Shown piece by piece: positions 56,873-64,000 of a DNA stretch of 64,000 nt. The stretch is from an uncultured virus (IMG/VR IMGVR_UViG_2061766007_003336). Its lineage: Duplodnaviria > Heunggongvirae > Uroviricota > Caudoviricetes. The notes beneath the pieces are model-generated. The model was not told where the DNA came from, ran no database searches, and saw only the letters and a program-made list of their open reading frames with translations. The stretch lies in the IMG/VR virus record IMGVR_UViG_2061766007_003336. One strand, written 5' to 3'. The position numbers and the translations under genes are program-made. Positions within the stretch are counted from its first letter, which is position 1, and each line of letters begins with the position of its first letter.

Positions 56873-59800
56873 ATGAGTAACAGTACCAAACTGGCTTTTT
56901 TAACACAGGCGACCGAGGCGTATACTCCGTATCAGGGCACGGGAAGTTATGACGACCTGGTCAGGACAAAAATGGAGAGCCTGGTACGCGAAGCGTACCC
57001 CTGGCTCGGTGATTTTACGCTTGAGGTGGTTAACTCCGACAAAGACAAATCGTATGCGTGTGCCACAGGTACCCTGAGAGGATTTTCTTCCGGATATGCG
57101 GTAGAATTTCCCGTTTTCTATCTTGAAGGCGATATTATGGATATCCCGACGTTCGTTCTTCCTGACAGAGACCTCATGCTCCCGTTTGACGAATCGTTTT
57201 ACAAGGTCATTACTTCCACGTTGAACAACTCTGATGATCTCGGCCTTGTCCGCGAGAGAGAGGATTTGTCAGATGCACTCGTCAGTGCTCTGGCAGACAC
57301 TGACTATCACAATGTCAGCGAAGTCATTAAAATGGGCAGCTTTTCCAGAATAGCCTCCTTTATTCCGAGAAGGGTGCTGCGCTCCTACGCTAAGGTAGCA
57401 TGCAGCAAGTGCCCGGATCTTATAAGGGACTTCTACTCCGCTCTAAAGCTGTCCCAGGCACGCTCCTGCGTTAAAACCGCTGCCGCGTCCGATACCGCCA
57501 AGCTTACGTTCAATAAAGATGACAATGTTCCCATAAAGTCCCTTGTAACACCTGTTTTCCTTTCGGAAGCCGAGGCTAAGGAACTAGACAGTGACGGGAC
57601 GGAAACGAAGCTTATTAAAATCTGTGAAGACTGTTTTGTTCTTCCTGAGGCGAACAATAAAATCAACATGACCAACATGCCGACTGCAGAAGAAGTAGCA
57701 CGCTCCATGGGTCAGGATTTTGAATATCTGTCACCTGGTGAGTGGGCTAAACTTGCTGAACAGGAAATGCACAGCAAGCCGTTTGAGCCGTTCGTAAGCG
57801 TATGCCCGTCTTCTATGAGAGACTACTGGGTAGCTCCCCGAATCGATCCTGACGAGGACTCTGACAACTGGCGCATCCGTTGTGACGACGATTACGTAGC
57901 TGCTATGGATAACGAGCAGGCGCGTAAGATGTACGATCTTTCGAGAAACAATCTCGGCGGTGAGTATGCTACATTTGAGAAAGCCAACCGCAAGCCGTTT
58001 AACGCTTACGATTGTGAGACCTTTGACAGGGCGATGGTGTTCTATTTCCCGAAGCGTACAGAAAAGAGAATGTACCTCGCAGATATTCTCAGCCATCCTC
58101 TTTCTCTGTCCCACGATCTTAACAGTATCATTACGGGAAAAGGCAACTCTTCGATCCCGATCGCTACCGGCACAGGCAAATACGCTTTGGTATCCCTTGC
58201 AGCAGGCAGGGCCTACAATCTGAGGGAAAATCCCGGCAGCAGGTCCGTATCGTCAGGCAAAAACGGTACCACGGTCATCAACTATAAGGTCGGAAACGAT
58301 GTAGTTGTTAAGATTGTAGCCGATTCCAAGAGCGGTTATGTAAAAACTATTACTTATCGCGGGGATTATGCTCCTGAAGGAATGAGTGACTATGACGAGG
58401 ACCAGACCAAGTACGTTACTCTGGAGTTTAACGGTAAGATCAAAACATTTAATCCGTATGAGTTCGCCTGCGAACCAACAAACTATAACGGCTACCTGAC
58501 TCTTAAAGCTCTGGCAGAAGGCAGAAGAGACATTGTCATTGCACCTTACGGCCCGAGAAGCAGTTCAAGTACCTTTACCGGGTTCACGAGAGTCATGTTT
58601 GACGCACGCTATCTTAATAAGGATTTCGTTCTTAACGGACTCGGCAGGAAGGCCAACCTTACGATCGGCCTGCCGTGCACTGTTATTCAGGTCGGAAGAA
58701 ACGGGAAAACCGTTATCAATCTCCCGAAACCTGAAAAGAGCGAAGGTCCGAAGATGATAAAATATATGTATAAGGACCCGGAACAGGCGGTCAACGCTAT
58801 CGCTCACCTCGGTGTGGAGCCGGAAGATCTTGCGAAGGTATATTCCGATATCAAACAGGAAGCAGACCATCTTTCAGCTATCAACTCCAACGGTATGGGG
58901 AGCTTGTCGTATGTACTTACAGCCGCTGAGCCTGGGGCAGAACAGCAGGGCCTTGATACTGATTCTATTCTGCAGCAGGCTGCTGTGCTTCTCAGCAATA
59001 TCCAGCAGACGCAGGAGCAGATGAAATATGACCAGGAGCTTAGAGACCGCGCTCTTGAGACACATATGCAGCTTGTCGATGAGAAACTTCAGAATATAGA
59101 CCAGCTGCAGGAAGTTCTTGAACGCGCTATCGGAGCGGCGGCTGAAGAAGAGGTTCCGGCAGAGGCTGCACCGGTTGAGGAGCCTGCGGCAGAGGAAAGC
59201 GAAGGCGCAATGCCTCCGGAAGTTATCGAGACGCTTGTTTCTGCGGCACTCGATCCGTCAACGGCCGAAGCCAACGACATGGGACCTGAAGAAGTACAGA
59301 TCCTTCAGTCTGCAGCTCAGGGTGATGAGGAGGCAGCCGCACAGGCAGGCCTTACCGGGAAGGACTACGCTCTTTTCCTTCAGCTCTACCATGAGAATGC
59401 AGATCAGAATAATTATGCTGATCAGGCTGAACCTGCGGAAGGCGGGGAAGCGGACCAGCCTGAGGTCAAACAGGAAGACCTCCAGCAGCTTGCCGAGATC
59501 CTCTCTGATCCTAAAGCTGCAAAGCGTGATATGGATCCTGAAATGGTGGACAATCTGCTAAGAGCCGTTCTTGGCGATGAGTCAGCAGCGTCCGCGATCG
59601 GCATCACGGTCGATATTGCCAAACAGGCTGACGAGCTTGCCGACCAGCTTGCTGAGGCCAGAGTCAGGGAAGAAGAAGCGAAAGCTAAAGAAGACAATAT
59701 CAACACCCTTGCCCAGCTCCTCGTAGATCCTGAGGCGGCTAAAAAGGATGTAGGTGAGGATATGATTAACTCACTCATGGCAGCCGTGCAGGGCGACGAA

Positions 59801-61087
59801 GCAGCTGCAGAACAGATAAACATTACAGTTGCGGATGCTCAGGCAGCAGCGTTCAGAGCACAGCAGCAGATGCCCGCAGAGGCTCCTGCTGAAGCGGCAC
59901 CTGCACCCGAGGCAGTGCCTGACCAGGAAATAGCTCCTGCTGAGTCACAGACACAGGAAAGTGCTTCCGTAGAAGAGGCAGGTCAGCCTTCGGTCTCCGA
60001 CGAAGACATTGATACCCTCGCACAGATCATCCTTAATGAAGATGAAGCCCGCAAGCAGATGGGCGACGACATGGTCGACGCACTCGGCAAGGCCGTTGAA
60101 GGTGACGAAGCTGCAGCAGCTAAGATAGGTATCACTGTCGCTGATGCAAAAGCCGCAGCACAGAAAGCTGTAGAGCTCAGCGAAGGCGGTGAGCAGCAGC
60201 AGACGTCAGAAGCAGAAGGCCAGGCAGCAGAGGACCAGTCTGCAGGCAGCACTCTTACCGAGGAGGACAAGCAAGCGATAGCTGATATTCTTGCTGATCC
60301 TGAAGCCGCCAAGCAGAATTACGACCAGGCGGTTGTTGAGCAGATTCTTGCTGCAGCCAACGGGGATGAAGAAGCTGCAAAACAGCTCAATACTACAGTT
60401 GAAGAGATCCAGGCGATAGCTCAGAACGTTCAGCCTGCTCAGGGCGGCGGGGAAGAGCAGCAGCAGGCTCCGCAGACTCCTCAGGAAGCAGAGCAGATGC
60501 TTAGAGATAATTTTGACCATGCACGTCAGCTTGTTGAAGCTTATCTCGATCCGACTAAAGTTGAAGAATACGGTATTTCTGCTGATGAGCTCGGTACCGT
60601 TACTCTTGTTCTCAGATCCCCGGATATTGCAATAAGATCCGGCGTTCCGGGAGAGCAGGTACAGGCAATCTCTGATGCTTACAAAATGATTACCGGAAAA
60701 TCGGTTTACCAGAGCGCTGAACTTGAATTTGAAGGCGGAGCATCGGGCAGCCTTCCGGTGCCTGCACCCCAGCTTTCTTCACTTCAGACCGCGATACCGG
60801 TTAATAAGGCATTCGAAGAATATGCTAAGCCTCTTACCCAGACCTCGGCACTCCTCGATCTGCTTCCGAAGGTGAAAACGGCGAAGTTGTTCTTTAAGAA
60901 TGCAGATGCGTTCAGAGATATGCTCACTACACTCGGAGAGATCCTCATCAATCTTCAGCTTAACGCCGTGCATTACAAGGAATCTCTTGGCGGAGAGAGC
61001 TTTAAGAAGCTCCTTACCAGAGTCCGCAAGATGTATGAGGATTTCGGTACGACAGTGCTTGAAATGTACTCCTTAGATAAAGATTAA
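56873..61087 (+). CDS. large acidic K-x-A motif protein with six helical repeats (putative prohead core/scaffold-like)
   Basis: GGAGG SD before MSNSTKLA; repeats LxxxLxDPxxA...A..GDExAAxxIGITV; function inferred. Confidence 0.75.
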   Translation: MSNSTKLAFLTQATEAYTPYQGTGSYDDLVRTKMESLVREAYPWLGDFTLEVVNSDKDKSYACATGTLRGFSSGYAVEFPVFYLEGDIMDIPTFVLPDRDLMLPFDESFYKVITSTLNNSDDLGLVREREDLSDALVSALADTDYHNVSEVIKMGSFSRIASFIPRRVLRSYAKVACSKCPDLIRDFYSALKLSQARSCVKTAAASDTAKLTFNKDDNVPIKSLVTPVFLSEAEAKELDSDGTETKLIKICEDCFVLPEANNKINMTNMPTAEEVARSMGQDFEYLSPGEWAKLAEQEMHSKPFEPFVSVCPSSMRDYWVAPRIDPDEDSDNWRIRCDDDYVAAMDNEQARKMYDLSRNNLGGEYATFEKANRKPFNAYDCETFDRAMVFYFPKRTEKRMYLADILSHPLSLSHDLNSIITGKGNSSIPIATGTGKYALVSLAAGRAYNLRENPGSRSVSSGKNGTTVINYKVGNDVVVKIVADSKSGYVKTITYRGDYAPEGMSDYDEDQTKYVTLEFNGKIKTFNPYEFACEPTNYNGYLTLKALAEGRRDIVIAPYGPRSSSSTFTGFTRVMFDARYLNKDFVLNGLGRKANLTIGLPCTVIQVGRNGKTVINLPKPEKSEGPKMIKYMYKDPEQAVNAIAHLGVEPEDLAKVYSDIKQEADHLSAINSNGMGSLSYVLTAAEPGAEQQGLDTDSILQQAAVLLSNIQQTQEQMKYDQELRDRALETHMQLVDEKLQNIDQLQEVLERAIGAAAEEEVPAEAAPVEEPAAEESEGAMPPEVIETLVSAALDPSTAEANDMGPEEVQILQSAAQGDEEAAAQAGLTGKDYALFLQLYHENADQNNYADQAEPAEGGEADQPEVKQEDLQQLAEILSDPKAAKRDMDPEMVDNLLRAVLGDESAASAIGITVDIAKQADELADQLAEARVREEEAKAKEDNINTLAQLLVDPEAAKKDVGEDMINSLMAAVQGDEAAAEQINITVADAQAAAFRAQQQMPAEAPAEAAPAPEAVPDQEIAPAESQTQESASVEEAGQPSVSDEDIDTLAQIILNEDEARKQMGDDMVDALGKAVEGDEAAAAKIGITVADAKAAAQKAVELSEGGEQQQTSEAEGQAAEDQSAGSTLTEEDKQAIADILADPEAAKQNYDQAVVEQILAAANGDEEAAKQLNTTVEEIQAIAQNVQPAQGGGEEQQQAPQTPQEAEQMLRDNFDHARQLVEAYLDPTKVEEYGISADELGTVTLVLRSPDIAIRSGVPGEQVQAISDAYKMITGKSVYQSAELEFEGGASGSLPVPAPQLSSLQTAIPVNKAFEEYAKPLTQTSALLDLLPKVKTAKLFFKNADAFRDMLTTLGEILINLQLNAVHYKESLGGESFKKLLTRVRKMYEDFGTTVLEMYSLDKD

Positions 61088-61284
61088 CCAGACAGAATCT
61101 CCTTGTTTTTCCAGAAAAGCCCGAACGGCAGCCTCTGCCTCACCCCAGGAAACAGGGGGAGAGGCTTGAGGCTGTTCTTGTATTAGAGCAGAGTTGTGTT
61201 AAACTAACCTTGTTACGGACGGCAACGCCTCGGCTTCCGCTGCGCACCATGCCGTCCTTCGATATCGATTGAAGGAGAAACTAG

Positions 61285-61890
61285 ATGAACCGAAGAGATC
61301 TTGAAGAAGCCCGGCAGAGGCTTACGGATAAACTTGCTGCAGGAATAGTTAGTCAGGCGCTTACTAATGCAGTACAGACCGGAACAGAGATTCCAGGCAG
61401 GGCAGCTGAAGCCATTGTCAAGGCTCCGTCTATTGCTGGTCAGCTTATGGCCGGCTCTTTGTTTGCTGAGGACGCCGACGATATTTACAGAGCCACCAGA
61501 TCCAAAGAAAAGGCCTATCTCGCTCCCGGAGCAGGAATGCTAGTAGGGTCAATAGGAGGTTCTCTTCTCGGAAGAATGGCATCCAGGGCACTCTCCGGAA
61601 GATCGGCTGTGCCGAATGACGGCTACTTCACCCCTGGAGACTACCTGGGCAGTGCGATAGGCGGCAGTATCGGAGGCGCTATCGGCAGGTATATGATGAC
61701 GCATGCCGGAAACGGCTATGCCCCGATCCTGACAGGAGCTTTGCTCGGGGCCGGTCTTGGCGGATATAAGGGATACACGACGGCAGGTAACGAGCTGAAC
61801 AAAGGCGGAGCGGTGCTGTTTGGCGGAAGCGCAGGAGCTCTGGCCGGCGGTGCAGGCGGATGGCTGTTGCATAAAGCATTCGAAGACTGA
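61285..61890 (+). CDS. DKLA-leader glycine-zipper protein
   Basis: MNRRDLEEARQRLTDKLA; four GxxxG-rich helices. Confidence 0.85.
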   Translation: MNRRDLEEARQRLTDKLAAGIVSQALTNAVQTGTEIPGRAAEAIVKAPSIAGQLMAGSLFAEDADDIYRATRSKEKAYLAPGAGMLVGSIGGSLLGRMASRALSGRSAVPNDGYFTPGDYLGSAIGGSIGGAIGRYMMTHAGNGYAPILTGALLGAGLGGYKGYTTAGNELNKGGAVLFGGSAGALAGGAGGWLLHKAFED

Positions 61891-61899
61891 CGTAGTTTA

Positions 61900-61927
61900 T
61901 TGATTAAATTGTCTCTTAGAGTATTAT
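61900..61927 (+). promoter_or_regulatory. possible sigma70-like promoter
   Basis: TTGATT-N16-TATTAT upstream of 61956. Confidence 0.35.
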
Positions 61928-61955
61928 CTCCTAGAATTTTTTGTTGGAGAGTACC

Positions 61956-62240
61956 ATGCCTACAATTCTGCAAGCAGTGCTTGACAAGCTGGCCGAGTAT
62001 GACCAGGCTGGAAGCCATAACAATAATTACAAAGGACCCGGCAAACGCGGATACTCGGCAGACCACAAAGCTGTTGAGAAATCCATGTCGGCCCTGAAGT
62101 GCTCCCGCTGCGGTTCTACCAAAAACGTTCAGCGTGCGGAAGTTCACGGATCACACGGCAAGCGGCATATAGCGTTATGCAGGTCCTGCCATGCCAAATA
62201 TGATAAGGCTTATGCAAATCTTAACGGAGGGAAAAAATGA
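61956..62240 (+). CDS. small HNH-like Zn-finger protein with DKLA leader
   Basis: MPTILQAVLDKLA; CSRCG...ALCRSCHAKYD. Confidence 0.65.
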   Translation: MPTILQAVLDKLAEYDQAGSHNNNYKGPGKRGYSADHKAVEKSMSALKCSRCGSTKNVQRAEVHGSHGKRHIALCRSCHAKYDKAYANLNGGKK

Positions 62241-63409
62241 AATACACTGACCAGTTCAGCGACATGACTTTAAGAAATATCGGTGACTTGTACGACCAGA
62301 CGACGAGGGACAAGCTTGCAGGGGTCGTTACAATTTCACGTATTCGCAGAAATGCGTTTCATCCCGGAGAGATGATAAGTCAGCTTCTAGGTACGACTGC
62401 ACATGCGTTTCCATCGGACAGCCCCGTAATGGTCCGCATTGTTAAGATTTCTGCACAACCAGCAGGGTCAGCGGAAGACGCCGTGATGGAAGCGTTGATG
62501 AACGCCCACATGAGCGAAGGCAGGGGCATGTTCAAGGAAATCGGATGCTGCCCGGATGATCCTGCGTTCCGCAGTGCACTCGGCAGACAGCTTCCCTGCG
62601 TAATTCCGGAAGAGGGTATGTTCCCGGTGAATAATCCGCTGCAGGCGCTCCTGAGTTTTATTTTCGCTCATGGTCAGAATATGCCTAAGAGACTTATGGA
62701 ACGCTTTGACCAGCCGATGATCAGAATGTTCGGCCCCAAGACTTACCGCAAGATGCAGACAATCGTTGATGAAATGTCTGCTGCACAGCTTACTGATGCA
62801 AGCAATATTATCGAAGCGGTACCGGAACCGGACGACGGTATGCCGAAAGTTCAGTCGTTTCTTCCGAGACTTATTTTTGAGCTTGTAAAGCTCAATCTCT
62901 CCCTCAAAGGTAAACTTGACGAAGTTCTCAGTTATGTAACATCACTTCAGAATGATAAAAAACAGCTCACGACTGCTGACAGAGACATCCAGCGCAGCCT
63001 TATGGACCAGATTACCGAGTTGTCCGGCGGAGAAAGCGAACTTAGGAAAAGGACCGGGGGAAGAACGGCTAAAGATCTTGTTTTCAATACCCAGTTTGGT
63101 AAGGACCAGCCTGAAATCCTTAAAGTCGGTGACTTTTTTATCGACAAGAGCAAACTTGAGACTCTTCCCTATCAGTCAGGCGCAGCTTCATTTTCTTCAT
63201 CCGTAGCCGATGCGATCTATACCAGAGATAAGAAACACATCGATTTCAAAGCCCTTGTCGAGCTGATTGAGCGTCTCAACAAGCTCCTCGAGGATCCCAA
63301 GATCGAGGACGGTGAAAAGAAAGAGATCCAGGACCGTGTGCTGGGCCCGCTGAGACTCTTCCTTGAGCCTGACGGCAGTGTAGTGGATAAGATAGTCGTG
63401 ATGCAGTAG
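62237..63409 (+). CDS. DKLA-leader hypothetical protein, 390 aa
   Basis: TTRDKLAGV at residues ~25-28; GGAGG SD. Confidence 0.8.
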   Translation: MKYTDQFSDMTLRNIGDLYDQTTRDKLAGVVTISRIRRNAFHPGEMISQLLGTTAHAFPSDSPVMVRIVKISAQPAGSAEDAVMEALMNAHMSEGRGMFKEIGCCPDDPAFRSALGRQLPCVIPEEGMFPVNNPLQALLSFIFAHGQNMPKRLMERFDQPMIRMFGPKTYRKMQTIVDEMSAAQLTDASNIIEAVPEPDDGMPKVQSFLPRLIFELVKLNLSLKGKLDEVLSYVTSLQNDKKQLTTADRDIQRSLMDQITELSGGESELRKRTGGRTAKDLVFNTQFGKDQPEILKVGDFFIDKSKLETLPYQSGAASFSSSVADAIYTRDKKHIDFKALVELIERLNKLLEDPKIEDGEKKEIQDRVLGPLRLFLEPDGSVVDKIVVMQ

Positions 63410-63416
63410 GTGACGC

Positions 63417-64000
63417 ATGCTGATGCTGCAACCTCCTTCAAAAAGTCTTTGTGAGGCTCTGGCAAAGGACGCTGGGAACTCACAGTTTCCCATAGAAAAG
63501 ATAGGTTTTCTGCTTTATCAGGAATACAGCTATGACCAGTTGCTAACGCTGGAACCTGAGTTTATTCTCGAAAATATGCTGAAAAACACCAGCATCCACC
63601 AGGAGGAAATAGACTCGAATTTTATCACGAAACTGTATGCTCTGGTGGCGATTCTCAATCAGCCGCTGCTGATCACGCAAAGTCTTATGGCTTTTTACAA
63701 TACGGTGCTAGTATGTAACAACCTGCCGTCGGGGGTAACTGATTTCTCAGAAGTACGACTGCTGCCGTCGAGATACCTGTTCAGGACTTTTCTGGCGGTA
63801 AACGCACTTCTCCCGGACGACATGGACTTTGATCAGATGTACCTGCATCCTAATATTAAGAGTTTTATTTATGACTGCTACAAGGCTGACGACGACATGG
63901 TATTAGACCCGTGTTTTGAGTACCTGCAGGACGAATTTATGGCCCACGAATACACCGAGGCCCAGACAGATCAGTTTCTGCCAGTCGTCGAAACCATCAG
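63417..64000 (+). CDS. 5' part of a hypothetical protein (runs off window)
   Basis: Frame from ATG 63417 (MLMLQPPSKSLCEALAKD...) with AGGTG SD; absent from the ORF track, consistent with no stop inside the window. Confidence 0.7.
   Translation, partial: MLMLQPPSKSLCEALAKDAGNSQFPIEKIGFLLYQEYSYDQLLTLEPEFILENMLKNTSIHQEEIDSNFITKLYALVAILNQPLLITQSLMAFYNTVLVCNNLPSGVTDFSEVRLLPSRYLFRTFLAVNALLPDDMDFDQMYLHPNIKSFIYDCYKADDDMVLDPCFEYLQDEFMAHEYTEAQTDQFLPVVETI

Noticed and set aside
2509..63493. Numerous antisense or overlapping ORFs in the track (e.g. 2509-3156, 6635-7285, 14352-15107, 40856-41617, 45612-46355)
   Set aside because: Shadow frames of better-supported genes; no SD and atypical composition
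1..64000. Genome-wide stop-codon reassignment
   Set aside because: Long genes including terL and the 2299-aa protein are intact in code 11; TAA, TAG and TGA all terminate genes next to downstream RBSs
1..64000. tRNA/rRNA genes, integrase, major capsid protein
   Set aside because: No cloverleaf/T-loop signatures or recognisable motifs seen by eye; absence not verified computationally

Overview
The window reads as part of a large (jumbo-type) tailed bacteriophage genome. It has no rRNA, tRNA or housekeeping operons. It consists of dense same-strand runs of small, mostly orphan genes with strong AGGAGG Shine-Dalgarno sites (1-13.7 kb +, 22.7-26.7 kb -, 47-56.7 kb -) alternating with morphogenesis-type genes. 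The latter include a gpA-like terminase large subunit (43611-45299), a portal candidate with a Zn-ribbon insert (14349-16181), a 2299-aa tail/baseplate-hub-like protein carrying a split M23 peptidase domain, and a ~1400-aa acidic repeat protein. Other recognisable genes are a GroES-like co-chaperonin, a degenerate AAA_21/ABC ATPase, two Lar-like Zn-finger proteins, a radical SAM enzyme, a ComF-like PRTase-fold protein and an HNH-like protein. An intact tnpB-only IS200/IS605 element (18150-19479) sits exactly on a stop codon. A ~1.4 kb non-coding region with symmetric CGATGACA repeats looks like a replication origin. The most striking unexplained signal is a family of about 15 proteins sharing a (D)K-x-A motif, found at the end of a short N-terminal leader and between internal modules. 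Many of these carry glycine-zipper modules, including a 105-bp cassette present in three near-identical copies. This is a candidate system of protease-matured, virion-packaged membrane-active polyproteins clustered around the terminase. Two promoter classes also appear: sigma70-like upstream of structural genes, and a GTTATAAnnAnTTGAA motif upstream of small-gene clusters. All functional calls come from motif recognition by eye; no database searches were run.
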